A stretch of 64,000 nucleotides of DNA, from positions 221,526,001 to 221,590,000 of the forward strand of contig OZ024741.1 in the NCBI GenBank assembly GCA_964016885.1, read 5' to 3'. This stretch comes from Eledone cirrhosa. Its lineage: Eukaryota. The notes under the pieces were generated by a model. It saw only the letters and a program-made list of their open reading frames with translations, did not search any database and was not told where the DNA came from. A program made the position numbers and the translations under genes. How positions within the stretch are numbered: the first letter of the stretch is position 1; the number at the start of each line of letters is the position of its first letter. This document shows, in pieces, positions 26,576 through 40,659 of this stretch.

Positions 26576-27379
26576 TTAAGTTCCTAAATGCATTGCAAAT
26601 ATTATTCTGATAGCTTCTTCCCTTGCACATCTTGCCTTTAGAATTTTCTTCTGGATTCTTGCTTCCCTTGCACATCTCATCTATGGAATTCTTTTCCAGA
26701 TTCTTGCTTTCCTGGCCACAATAATTTTCAAAAAATTCAAAAGCAACATAAATCTTCATCTCTCTCTTTGAATTATGTTCTTTCTGTCTTGTCGTTCTCC
26801 CTTCTTAGTAATCCCTTACATTTTAGTGGCTTTATTGACTTGTTTAGGGTCAGAAAAAAAAGAAGAAAAGGCCAAATATCCAGTTTGAAAAGATCTTCCA
26901 TCCATGTCCCTAATATTATCCCTAAAAATACTTAGAAGGGTCATGAGCATAACCCTACATCCTAAGTGATTAAAATATTCCAGCTAAATGGATTTCAGTG
27001 GAGGAATGATTAAGAAGAATTTAGGGTGTCGATGAGAGGGAGACAAAGTAAGTATGATAGGCTGTCAACTCATTCCTTTAGGAGACAGTTATCCTAATAA
27101 ATTATTCTCATAAATTATCCTAACAAATTATCCCAATAAATTGCAAAAGCATTACCAGTATTCGAGGTTTTTGATGCTCTAATGTGCCCTATAACAAGCC
27201 TATAAATATTTTTTCTGTTTACACAAAGCTTGTATTTGAAAAAAAAATATTTTTTTGTGACTGAAATTTATAGACCTGTTCTGTAGTAGTGAATTATCTT
27301 AACTTTCTTAAATAAAATATCGAAGAGAAGTTTATAAAGACATAGTAAACTTTATAGTATTTAGTTCTGTGTTGTCTAT

Positions 27380-28556
27380 AAGATGCATGGCTTTGTGGTT
27401 AGGTTATTCAGCTCACAATCGCAAAGTTGTGAGTTCGATTCCCGGCAGCGCATTGGTTCCTTGAGCAAGACACTTTATTTCACATTGCTTCAGTCCACTC
27501 AGCTGGCAAAAATAGTTTGTACCTGTAATTCAAAGGGCCAGTACTTTCTAAAAAAAGTAACACAATGGGGTCAATTTAATCGACTACCCGTCCCGCCTCC
27601 TCCCAAAATTGTTGACCTTGTGTCTAAATCAGAAACCTTTTATTATTGTTAAACATTGATCCTAACCATATTCTTAATGAAAGACACTGTTTAGACTTAC
27701 ACTGATTGACCTTGTTCCTAAATCGGAAACCAATATTGTTAAGGGCAATGGAATGGTGGAAATATTAGAGCATTGGAGGGACAAAATGCCTTGCAGTATT
27801 TGTTCCAGCTTTTTATGTTATCAGTTCAAATCCTACTGAGGTAAAATATACTTTTCATCCTTCTGTACTGGAGTCAATGTAATCAGGTGTTCCCTTCCAA
27901 AATATTTCAGGTCTTTGTGTACAAATGCAAGAAATTATTATTATTTTTATTATTATTGTAAAGGGCGATGGATTGGCAGTATCGGTAGAGCGTCAGACAC
28001 CATGCTTTGCAGCATAGTTATGGCCCTTTATGTTCTGAGTTCAAATCTCGCCGGGGTTAACTTTGCTTTTCATCCTTACAGGGTCGATAAAATAAAGTAC
28101 CAGTAATGCACTGGGTAATTGCTGGCCTTGTACCAAAAGTAGAAACAATTATTATTGTAAAGGGTGATGGATTGGCAGTAACCGTTAGAGCGTCGACACA
28201 CATGCTTTGCGACATATAGTTACGGCCCTTTACTTCCTGAGTTCAAATCCCGCCGAGGTTAGCTTTGCTTTTCATCGTCAAAATAAAGTACCAGTAATGC
28301 AATGGGGTCAATTTAATCAACTTTCCCCTCCACCAACATTGCTGGCCTTGCGCCTATATAAGAAACCATTATTATTATTGGTTTGACAGTATCGGTAGAA
28401 CGTCAGACGCCATGCTTTGCTGCATAGGAGTTATGACCCTCGTGCTGAGTTCAAATTCCGCCGAGGTTAACTTTGCCTTTCATCCTTACGGGGTCAATAA
28501 AATAAAGTACCGGTAATGCACTGGAGTAATTGCTGGCCTTGTGCCAAAAGTAGAAA

Positions 28557-28558
<2 letters not shown>
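27380..28558 (+). mobile_element. Cluster of five same-orientation tRNA-derived SINEs
   Basis: B-box-like gagttcgattccc/gagttcaaatc motifs at ~27431, 27824, 28037, 28238 and 28447. Confidence 0.85.
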
Positions 28559-28629
<71 letters not shown>

Positions 28630-28684
28630 ATTGCTGTTGTTTTGATTAATAATATATTTTTTTCCAATTTGTTTTTCCTTCTAG

Positions 28685-28830
28685 TTTGTTCAACACCTTC
28701 AACTGAATTGACTCCTCCTACTTCGGACTCGAAATCATCACTGAAACCCACAACTCCAGATATACAAGCCCCCAATGAAGAAACTAGTAGGGAACAGACA
28801 GAAATGGGTGGAGCTGAACAAAGCTTCTAG
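28685..28830 (+). CDS. Probable terminal coding exon of a host gene (low-complexity S/T/P/E C-terminus)
   Basis: Polypyrimidine acceptor tttttccttctag, then open frame (x)CSTPSTELTPPTSDSKSSLKPTTPDIQAPNEETSREQTEMGGAEQSF*; non-repetitive sequence. Confidence 0.55.
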
Positions 28831-29384
28831 GAAACAGCTGAGTGTAGGAATACAAAAACTCCGCCTTCCCAAATATAGGAGAGAGAGAGAAAACAAAAAA
28901 GCAGCCCAAAAATAAAAAAAAAACCCAAACTAAAACAAAATGGTCTCACAACAAATATATATATTGAAGAAGTGTGTGGGGGGGTGTAGTAGGAAGCAAG
29001 CCAGAGGAATTGGAGTTGTACCTCCCCTATTGTTGTTGTTGATGCTCTCGTGACTACAAATATGGGTGTAGCTAAACAAATACATATGAATGTATATGTA
29101 TATGTGTTGCATGTATGAGTGTGTGTGTCTATATACATGTGTGTGTGTGTGTGTGTGTGTATGTGTGGTGTGTGTGTGTGTGTTAATTTGTTAGTAAATA
29201 AGGGTGCCAAAATCTCAATACTTTCTATTTGAACTTTTCAAAGTTTACTTGATGACACAAAGTCATATAATATATATATATATATATATGTGTCTATGTG
29301 TCTGTATGTGTATATATATATACACCTACACACACGCACACATATATATCTATATATATCTATATATATATATATATATATATA

Positions 29385-29679
29385 TAAGGAAAATAGATGA
29401 AATCGAAAACGCAACTGGAGTCTTTTTTTTAATATATTTATTTGGTTCCTTTACTGGTTTCACAGTTCTTGTGCTTTTCAAAAGTAGAATTGAGATGGAG
29501 GGTTTGTGGTTCTCTACTTTTGAAAAGCACAAGAACTGCGAAACCGGTAAAAAAGGAACCAAATAAATATATTTAAAAAATAAAAGACTCCAGTTGCATT
29601 TTCGATTTTATCTTTTTTCCTTATACTTTCACTCATGCAGGACACCTCGTTTTTTTTTTCATTTAAAAAAAAACCTCAC

Positions 29680-29685
<6 letters not shown>
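29385..29685 (+). mobile_element. Fold-back element, family E, with minimal hammerhead at ~29514-29556
   Basis: Arms ~29385-29488 and ~29513-29624, then tail; TTGAAAA GCA caagaac TGC GAAA CCGG TA. Confidence 0.75.
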
Positions 29686-29744
<59 letters not shown>

Positions 29745-29747
29745 TAT

Positions 29748-29915
29748 AGGGAAACATTAGTGTCCAACAGGTGAGATCATGCCATTACAACAACATGAGC
29801 TCACCTGTTGGACATTAACTTTTCACCATACATACACTCGACTTACACAAGTATCCAGTATTTAGCTGAATATGGTCTTACTAGTCTAAACTAGTAACTC
29901 CCAATCTCAACACAT
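29748..29915 (+). mobile_element. Short fold-back element with tail, family G
   Basis: tgtccaacaggtgagatcatg / catgagctcacctgttggaca, then a ~90-bp tail, between TA tracts. Confidence 0.6.
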
Positions 29916-29925
29916 ACATATATAT

Positions 29926-30052
<127 letters not shown>

Positions 30053-30453
30053 ATACATACATACATGCATGCATACATACATACATACATACATACATAC
30101 ATACATACATACATACATACATACATACATACATACATACATACATACATACATACATACATACATACATACATACATACATACATACATACATGTACAT
30201 TTGAATTCACAAACATGAAGAAAAACTGTTTGATACTAGCTTATGATATATAATATATATTTATTATATAACTGAAATAATTCTTTGTTGCTTCATTGAG
30301 GTCTGTCCTTGCTTGTTGGACCTGTTCTGTGTTCAGCAAGGAATCACAGAGTAGCAACAGAGAGGAATCTCACTTATATAATTAATAAATTTTTATGTGT
30401 GTGTGTGTGTAAATATTTATATATAAATATCTATATTTATATATAAATATCTA

Positions 30454-30526
<73 letters not shown>

Positions 30527-30591
30527 ATATAAGGATATATATAATATACAAGACTAGAACTGTTTCTACCCCCAATTGAACCTGAGATAAA

Positions 30592-30642
<51 letters not shown>

Positions 30643-30811
30643 GTGTGTGCATGGGTGTGTGTGCATACAACTATGTATGTGTATATATATATATATATTA
30701 TATTATATATTTATTCATGAATTATATTATATTCTATGTATATATATTATATTAAATAATATATACATATATTGTATAATATGTACATATATTATATTAT
30801 ATAATATATAC

Positions 30812-30845
<34 letters not shown>

Positions 30846-31045
30846 CTCACATGTGTGTGTATGTGTATGAGTGTATATCTATATATGTATGTTTTTATTC
30901 TTAATATCAGTAAATAAATTACTTATTCTTTGTTTCTGTCTACCTCCTCTCAACAAATTTGTTTATTGTTGTTGTTTTTTTTCGTTGTTTTTATATTTGT
31001 TTAATTTTTCTTTGATTAAAATATTATTTTGTTATTTTTTTTTAA

Positions 31046-31330
31046 CCCTTTGTGAATATGATTTACTATTTTTTGTTTGAGGGTTGGGAACATTTTCGAG
31101 GTGGAGGTAAATATTATTACAAACCTTGATCTATTTCTTATGTCTATTTTGCTGCCATTAAACTACTGTGGTCCCTAACATAACTTAGAAAGGTTCTGGA
31201 CATACAATTATGATGGAAATTTTAAGATAAATATAAATCTCTTAAAATAAACAACTTCATATCATAAAAGATAAGACAACTCCATATCATAAAACCAAGA
31301 CAAGATTCAGCTGGTTTGGTATCAAAAGGG
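31046..31330. mobile_element. piggyBac-type MITE
   Basis: TTAA|CCCTTT...AAAGGG|TTAA. Confidence 0.55.
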
Positions 31331-31499
31331 TTAATACTGGGGTTGGTGTCTCGTTCTACCTCTATCTTACTCTGGAACAAACCCCCTGAGGTTAGGCTCA
31401 AGCCATGATTATGGTAAAAAAAGTTACCCAAGCTACCATGTAATCAAATTGAACCTGGGATCTGTATCAAGGAGTTCTTAACACATATATATATATCGA

Positions 31500-31715
31500 C
31501 AGTCGATTGACTTTCGTCAAATCAGACTTAGGAAACAATGTTTCCACTGGTCTTTCCAAATGCTAATACTATCTATCAGTCGCAACTCCAGGTAGAAGGA
31601 GCAACATGAAATAAAGTGTCTTGCCCAAGGACATAATGCATCGCCTACTCCAGGAATGGAACTCACAATCTCACGATTGCGAATTCAATCTCTTACCACT
31701 CAGCCACGCACCTTT
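31500..31715 (-). mobile_element. tRNA-derived SINE (family 2-like)
   Basis: Reverse complement gcgtggctgagtggtaagag...gtgagttccattcc. Confidence 0.7.
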
Positions 31716-31854
31716 ACTAATATTTATCTCCAAGAGATAAAATGGATATATATATATATATGAGTGGATGCAAAAAGTAAAAAGAAATAACAAAGCAAAT
31801 GACACAGTACAATGAAGAAATATATTAGTTTTACATTAATATGGTAGGGAAAGC

Positions 31855-31892
31855 ATTTTAACGTTTCAGACGCCAGTCCTTCATCAGGAAAC
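31855..31892 (-). ncRNA. Minimal hammerhead ribozyme in a solo pLTR-like repeat (31760-31990)
   Basis: Reverse complement: gtttc CTGATGA a GGAC tggc GTCT GAAA CG TT aaaat; relative at 26041-26078. Confidence 0.65.
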
Positions 31893-32039
31893 AGACTGAG
31901 AAACTAAAGATGAAATAGAAAGATAGAGGAGAGTGAGCTGTGGCAGAAACGAAAAGAAATTTCTTGGAGATAAAACAGGTCTGTTCATATATGTATATAT
32001 ATATATGATAACTGCATCTTCTTTACAGAAGAGGGCCAT

Positions 32040-32250
32040 ATCTTTAACATTGTGCTGAACAGTCATGATCCCATGAATAACTCTGCAAACCCTGCCTCAC
32101 TCCTGCATACCCTTTTACAGTAGGCTTTTGGGTAGTCTAGAATGTAACTTGCCCCTTATGCACTTTCATGTGCTGCTTGAGTCCAGCTGCTGACCTACAA
32201 ACTTTGTCACAAAACTGATAGAAATACCCTGCAGGCCTTTCAGGTGGGAC
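32040..32250 (-). mobile_element. LINE 3' fragment ending in a C2H2-like motif
   Basis: [19 protein letters not shown] between microsatellites. Confidence 0.5.
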
Positions 32251-32325
32251 AGCAATATAATCAGTGTTATATACATATATATATATATAAATATATATAT
32301 CCACACATGCACATATATATATATA

Positions 32326-32376
<51 letters not shown>

Positions 32377-32715
32377 GTGTGTGTGTACACATACATGATG
32401 TTTCATGCTTAGAGTCAGCCCATCATATGTACACATACATATATATTAGCAAATGTATACAGGGAAAATGGGCATAAACAACAAACGAATACAAGCATCT
32501 ACTCCCCTCTTCAGCCACCTCCTGGAAATACAATTTCATGAGCTATGATGGGTTTATATTATTATAGCTAGGTCATACCGTACTTTAATAAATATAAGAC
32601 AACACAACAAAGTAACAGAACAGAAAGTAAACAAATAAACAATACAAGTGAATAGAAACAAGCATGTCAACTGAACAAAAATGCCTGAGTGTTGTGAACT
32701 GTTGAAGATATATAT

Positions 32716-32968
32716 ATCATCATCACCATTTTACGTCCATTCTTCCATGCTAGCATGGGTTAGATGGGTTGTCCTGTTGTGGGCAGTGTCCAGTCGGCTG
32801 ACCTTGTCTTACTCATACAGGAACTGATTTTGGCTTGAATTCTATGGCTGGATGCTCTTCCTAACACCAACCTCATTTACAGTGAGTGCTGGGTGCTTTT
32901 TGTCCGTGGTGCCTACATGATCACTTTGCAGTGGGAGGGGGTAGGTGCATATTGTCTATATGCTTCAG
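32716..32968 (-). mobile_element. RTE 3' UTR fragment
   Basis: Matches 5158-5468. Confidence 0.8.
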
Positions 32969-33236
32969 TATACATACTGTAGTACAAGTTTGGACGACTT
33001 AAGTATAATTTGTTACAACAATGATATATATACAGGTGCTTAAGATTTGTTGGGTTATACACCCCCAACACATTCTGCCTGCTACATATTTTAGAGTTTT
33101 TAGAAAATACTGAACCACCAAACTGAAGCCCAAACTTATGTTGGAATGTCTGAGAGCCAGTTCAAAAGCCAATACCTGAACCACAAAACAACCTTCAAAC
33201 ATCCTGACAAAAAACATGCCACTGTTGTAACTAATT

Positions 33237-33277
<41 letters not shown>

Positions 33278-33414
33278 TATATCTGAGTTATCGATTACAG
33301 AGTTGGGCCCAATCACTACTGGTCGTACCTTGAGCTGATCACTTAGGAAACATGCATCACGTGGGAATAAACATAATGATGTTATAGAGATACTGTGTTC
33401 CTGCTCATTATTGG

Positions 33415-33575
33415 TTGATTGGCAGTATCGGTAGAGCATCAGACACCATGCTTTGCAGCATAGAGTTATGGCCTTTTACCTTCTGAGTTCAAATCCCGCC
33501 GAAGTCAATAAAATAAAGTACCTACCAGTAATGCACTTGAATAATTGCTGGCCTTGTGCCAAAAGTAGAAGCAAT
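33415..33575 (+). mobile_element. tRNA-derived SINE (family 1)
   Basis: tggcagtatcggtagagc...gagttcaaatcccgcc. Confidence 0.8.
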
Positions 33576-34025
33576 TACTATTAATATTATTACCACTCTG
33601 CATTTTAAGGATTCCGACTATGGTGTCATACCAAACATAGAATCCCACCTCGATTGCTGGACCCAAATATTTGGCATTAAGTGCTCAAACTTAACATTGC
33701 ACACCAATACACTATATATATATTTGGTATATTTTCTGTTAGTTAATCAACTAACTAGTATATATATATATATACAATGTATACATGTAGGTCTGAGTAC
33801 TCTGGAGTATTGGTATAACAATGAAGTAGAAGTCAATATGTTAGAATTCACATCATTTTATTGATTATATAATATTTGAGTATGACTCAAATATTGGCCA
33901 CTAGTTAGTCTTAGTAGTAATTCTGAAACAACTGTACAAACATGTGCCATCCATCTATACATATATATTTGAGTATGACACCCGGAAGAGAATTAAAAGT
34001 ATAAGGTTTTTTTTATGACGATTAA

Positions 34026-34204
34026 CCCTTTAAATGTTTTACCTCACATAATTATCTCACATAATATTGAATCTATAAGATTTTCATATTGTTTACTTTG
34101 AGAACAATACCTTAACATCAGTATAAGCAGCTAGTTACAGACAGTTTGAACAGAAAGCAATGAAAGAATTCTGGCTAGATGTGGCCAATTTAAATGCTAA
34201 AGGG
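34026..34204. mobile_element. piggyBac-type MITE
   Basis: TTAA-flanked CCCTTT/AAAGGG; homologous to 26359-26575. Confidence 0.8.
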
Positions 34205-34511
34205 TTAAATATAAAAATTTGTGAGATTTTCCTTGAGAAACATGGCTTTGTGTCCCTGACACCCTATCTCCCTCTTACTCTCTGTATCCAAAATATGTCA
34301 ATTTGCCATTGATCAGTTTCCTTGTAATAAATTATTGATGAAGGGTGACAAGTTGGGTTCAGTAATAACTTTTGTTTTTCTCGTGGACATATTTGAGTTT
34401 ATTTATTTACCTTTTTTAAAATTATTTTATTCTTTTCCTACATCAGTCAAATGGTGACAATAGCCATGGTGTGGAGTGCTGTTTGTTTTTATTTGTTTGT
34501 TTACTTTTGTG

Positions 34512-34558
<47 letters not shown>

Positions 34559-34640
34559 AACCAGTAAGACCCCGACAGCTGAGCTCAAGCCGTTTCGACG
34601 GCTAATTCTGGACTAAAAAAATATATATATATATATATAT

Positions 34641-34833
34641 TGGAAAATGTGTGAGATCCATGATACAGTGAGGTATATGTGAAAAAAAGGAAAAGAATGA
34701 CTTCACTTGTAGTTCTAAATAATTTGATTTAATTTTATAATATTATGAGTTGGTAGATCTACCAACTCATAGTATTATAAAATTAAATCAAATTATTTAG
34801 AACTACAAATGAAGTCATTCTTTTCCTTTTTTT

Positions 34834-34837
<4 letters not shown>
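34641..34837 (-). mobile_element. Fold-back element, family F (spacerless palindrome centred on agatct)
   Basis: Arms ~34680-34758 and ~34759-34836; tail on the left; between TA tracts. Confidence 0.75.
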
Positions 34838-34893
<56 letters not shown>

Positions 34894-35112
34894 GTTGGCT
34901 CAAAAGTCACTAGATTATCTTATATATATTATAATTTAAAATGGTCTAGTTATTTTTCATCTACCCTATATACATACATATATATATATATATGTAGAGG
35001 TTATATTTAATTTGTTGGGATACAACAAGCAAAATATTTTTATAACTGATATAAAGCAATTAACAAATTATTGGAGTAAATATATATATATATATATAAT
35101 CCACCTCATATG

Positions 35113-35153
<41 letters not shown>

Positions 35154-35403
35154 TGGATTCTTGGATATTTCTTGTTGTCTCTTGTATGAGGTTGACATGT
35201 TGTCTTGCTCTCTGTTCACTCTCCGCCCTCTCCTTTCAAAATCGAATAATTAATTAATTGCCACTCTGAAACAATGAATTCATTTCATGCATCATTGAAT
35301 GTTGATCAGACTATTCCAGATAAACCAGCTGGCAAATACAACATCAATGATACCCCTAGTATATATATTCTACCTACCTTAATATAATATAATACATATA
35401 TAT

Positions 35404-35453
<50 letters not shown>

Positions 35454-35620
35454 ATATATATCTATTATATTACTTTAGGGTGGGTAGAATTCCCAAGATC
35501 CATGGATGAGTTCTCTCCAGTGGTCTCTGTCCTTCATCATAGCCACGCATCATTAGGGCATCAGCACATGTCATCCTCAGTCTTTCTCTTCCAGTGTGTT
35601 CATGTATATATATGTGTATA

Positions 35621-35659
<39 letters not shown>

Positions 35660-36894
35660 AGTTTCCATTTTTCTTCTTTGGTATGATTGTGTTTGTATGT
35701 ATGTTATTACATGTACATGTTTATGTATATGTTATTGCTGTTGTTGTTGTTATTGTTGTTACTATTCTGGTTATAATAGTTGTTTTTGTTGTTATTACTG
35801 TTTTTGTTTTAGTTGTTGTTATTGGGTTGTAAAAGGTGTCCCCTGTCCAATCAGGCACACCTTAGCACAGGAAAAGTTCAATCAAATTGTTTAAGTAGTT
35901 GAGCCACAGGTCTTGCCACCATCCTTCAGCCTTGTCTAGAGTTAAACGACCAATGCTCTGCATGTTCAAGGGCATTGGATTGGTAAATCGGTAGAGTGAC
36001 AGAAAAATTGGCATTATGCAGCATTAAGTTATGGACTTCTATGTCCAGAGTCTAACCCTTTCATGACTGCATTTCTAATGGAATACACTCTATTTTAATT
36101 AATTAATGAATAATTTTGACTGATTTACTAAAATTCTTAATAATTTCATTACTAAGATATTAACTTAATGTAATGTTCTTATATAAAACATATGTTGGAA
36201 GATTTTAATTTAAATAGGAATACTTTAACCCTTTCATGGCCACATTTCTAATGAAATGCACTATTTCAATTAATTAATTAATAATTTTGAGAGATTTACT
36301 AAAATTAATAATTATTTCATTGCTAAGATAGTAATCTAATGTTAGGTTCTTATATAAAGTTATTTTGTAAGATTTTAATATAAATTGGAAACTTTTAATG
36401 GGTGATTTTATTTCATAGATCCAGGGCCAGGTTGGTAACTAAAGAGTTAAATCTGACTGAAGTGTTTTTGGTTTTTTTTATTTTCATCTATAACCAGGAG
36501 TTGATCAAATAATTTACCATTTGAGTATTTGTCAATACTATATATAATTATCCCAACTTTGGAAATTGGTAGAATTGTTCAAACAACATTTAAACTATCT
36601 TGCAGTATTCGTTCCAGTTCTCAGCAAGCTAGGTTTAAATCCCACCAAGGTCAACTATGTCTTTCATCTCTTCAGGGTCAATAAAAATAACACCAGTCCA
36701 GTACAAGAGTTTATTTTGCTGTGGTCAAACCTGGAGCAGTGTATAGGTTTTGTCAGGTTTAGATGCCTAAGACATGTCATATACCATCATAGTACTCTTA
36801 CAACTCCAGCAGGACTAGAGGTCTCAGAGATAGAAGGGAGTAAGTAACCCATACGTCTACAAGTTCAAACCTAGTGTCTGATATAAATCAGTTT

Positions 36895-37750
36895 GCTATA
36901 CAATAACATGACCTTTGATCTTCAATGAGGTTATAACATGAACTTTGAACTTTAAATTAAGTATAACATGACCTTTGATCTTCAAAGTGGATATGACATG
37001 ACCTTTGACCTTCAAAGTGGATATAACATGACCTTTGACCTTCAATGTGGATATGACATGACCTTTGACCTTCAAAGTAGATATAACATGACATGACCTT
37101 TGACGTTCCATTTAAATACATGACTTTTGACCTTCAAATTGGATATGATATGACCTTTGACCTTCAAATTGGATATAACACGACTTTTGACCTTCAATGT
37201 CGATATGACATGACCTTTGACCTTTAAAGTGGAAGTAACATAACCTTTGACCTTCAAATTAGATATAACATGTCCTTTCATCTTCAAAGTGGATATAAAA
37301 TGAACTTTGTCCTTCAAATTGGATATAACATGACCTTTGACCTTCAATGTGGATATGACATGACCTTTGACCTTCAAAGTAGATATAACATGACATGACC
37401 TTTGACGTTCCATTTAGATACATGACTTTTGACCTTCAAATTGGATATGATATGACCTTTGACCTTCAAATTGGATATAACACGACTTTTGACCTTCAAT
37501 GTCGATATGACATGACCTTTGACCTTTAAAGTGGAAGTAACATAACCTTTGACCTTCAAATTAGATATAACATGTCCTTTCATCTTCAAAGTGGATATAA
37601 AATGAACTTTGTCCTTCAAATTGGATATAACATGATGTTTGGCCTTCAAAGTGGATATAACATGACTTTTGACCTTCAAAGTGGATATATGACATTTGAC
37701 CTTCAAAATGGATATAGTATGACCTTTGACTTTCAAATTTCATATAACAT
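36895..37750. repeat. 30-bp minisatellite with a ~300-bp higher-order duplication
   Basis: ggatataacatgacctttgaccttcaaagt; marker gacgttccattta at ~37102 and ~37403. Confidence 0.95.
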
Positions 37751-38064
37751 TACAGAATAGTTCATAAGTTTATTTGGCAGTCATTAGGTCAGGAATTTAT
37801 TCTACTGTGTGATATCTTAGGCAAGTGTCCTTCATCTTTGTTTTAAGTAGACATAACACATGTATGTGAAATTGTATGGAAATCAGTCAGATGGACAGGA
37901 CCTAGAAATGAAAGGGTTGGTGTCATGACACAATGTGTAATGCTGATTCTCCCTGAGAATTATATTAAAAGTTTACTACACAACAGTGATTTGCAGTGTA
38001 TTATGACAAAGTACCAGTAATGCACTGGGTAATTGCTGGCCTTGTGCCTAATGTAGAAACAATT

Positions 38065-38340
38065 ATGACAGTCATAGTATATATAGTTAACATATCTTAT
38101 GACAACCACATTGTATTGTTAATATATCTTATGACAGCCACAGTATATAATTGACAGTCACAGTATATAGTTAACATATGTTATGACAGTCATATTATAT
38201 AGTTAATATGTGTTATTATAGTCACAGTATATAGTTAAAATATGACTGTCAGAGTATAGAGTTAACTTATGACTGTCAGAGTATATAGTTAACATATCTT
38301 ATGACTGTCACAGTATATATATGGTTAATATGTCATAGCA
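38065..38340. repeat. Degenerate ~32-bp tandem repeat
   Basis: ttatgacagtcacagtatatagttaacatat units. Confidence 0.75.
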
Positions 38341-38828
38341 GAAAGGTAATATATAAACACAATACTAACATCAAGGGCCTCCATTCTATAATGAAGATCT
38401 CAGTGTGAAATATGAGACATTTCCTCTCCATACACAGATCTATGTAAAGTACCAGTAATGCACTGGGGCAATTTAATTGACTTTTTGACTTTCTCTTCCC
38501 CAAAAATTGTTGGTCTTGAGCCTGAATCAGAAAACTATTATATATATATGTATGTATGCAGATTGGTAGGTATGTATATATCCATGTATGTATGTAGATT
38601 TCTGTATTCATGTGCATGCTTGCATGTAAACCGGGATAAGCACCACCCTGATGAGCCTACCGGGCTTGTGAAAGACTTTAGACTTTCGACATATATGGGT
38701 GAGTAGTGTGTGTTTGTGTCTCTGTGTCTGTGTGTGTGTGTGTGTGTCTTTTGTTTCTACATATGTTAAGGTAGCAATGTTAAACATAACATGTAACAAC
38801 AAATTCAAATATTAAAACAAATTTACAA

Positions 38829-38891
<63 letters not shown>

Positions 38892-40328
38892 CTTTCTTTA
38901 TTAATAATAATAATAATAATGATAATAATAACACCTAGTTTATTTAGTGAACATGCTGTGTTTGTTTACTGAACACAGTGTGAATGTACAGTGAACAGCT
39001 GGGTTTTTTACAGGGATCATTCCTTTCAGAATATATATGTGTGTATGTATGTATGTGTGTGTATGTATGTGTATTTGTGAGTGTGTATGTGTGTGTATGT
39101 GTGTATGTGTAAGTTTGTATATGTATATGTATATATATATATATATGTGTGTATACAAGTGTGTATATGTGTGTGTATATGTGTATATGTGTGTGTCTGT
39201 ATATGTGTGTGTGTGTGTTTGTATGTGTCTATATGTGTTTATATGTGTGTATATGTGTGTTCTTATGTTGTTTAATATTTTTTAATGAATATCTTAATAT
39301 TTATTGTTCAGTGAACATTAGAAGAATTTTATTAAGGAAACAGCCAGGACTTAGCTTAGTAAACAGACATTGAAATTTGTTGAGCAAACACCCATATTTT
39401 GTGACGTGAGCACAACAACGTAGAGAAGGTATGTAGGTTGTGATGTTGTGTTGATATAAACAACACCACTTCACAACCACCAACCCCTCCACACACACCT
39501 ACACGGAATATCATATAAAAAGAAACAAGACAAGAAAAGAAAACAACAAACAAAGTGAATGAGATGTTCTACATGGAGAGAAATAATAATAATAATAATA
39601 TTAATAATAATAATAATAATTATAATTATAATTGTAATCATAATAATTAATATTTCAAAAATATGATGAAGAAAGAAAGAAAAGGAGGAGTGGGAAGTAG
39701 TGGAGAAGAAAAAAAGAGGAAAAGAAGATGAAAAGAAAAAGAAAGAGAAATGAAAAAGGTTCACAATTTTTTTTTTTTTCAAAAAAGAAATGAAATCATG
39801 CTTTTTTTTGTGTTTGTTTGTTTTTGCATTATGACGATAATGTTGATGATGATGATGATGGTGATGATGATATGGAGACTGATGATTATAAAAAAGACTG
39901 AAGAAGATGAAGACAATGATGGTGACCATCAACAAGATCATGATCATGATGATGATCATGATGATAGTGATGGTGATGATGATGGTGATGATGATGGTGG
40001 TGGTGGTGGTGGTGATGGCGGTGGTGGTGATAATCAGCATGATCATGATGATGGTCATGATGATGATGATGATGATGCTGATGATGATGATGATGATGAT
40101 GATTCAAAACAGGAGATATCAGGTAATTCAGGGTATGGTTTAGCTGATGAGTAAAAATGAGGTAGGTGGTTGAAGTGGGGTGGAAGGTAATTTTACCAGA
40201 AATACATAGAAATTAAATAAAAATTAATATATATATAATAATTCTTATTTAATTACTATGTATATATTTAGATATGAACATACATACATGTATGTGTGTA
40301 TGTGTGCATATATGTATATATACACACA

Positions 40329-40404
<76 letters not shown>

Positions 40405-40471
40405 CAGCACTAACTAGATTTGTTTGAGTGATTGATTTTCGTTTATTGAATAATCTATATCTTCATATATA

Positions 40472-40560
<89 letters not shown>

Positions 40561-40594
40561 AAATACTTACATTTATATATACATACATTTATAT

Positions 40595-40659
<65 letters not shown>

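Noticed and set aside
36896-37760. Repeat-protein ORFs (HVISTLKVKG), also 7358-7947 and 6190-6437
   Set aside because: Open frames arise from minisatellite periods divisible by three and are broken by frameshifts; no splice support
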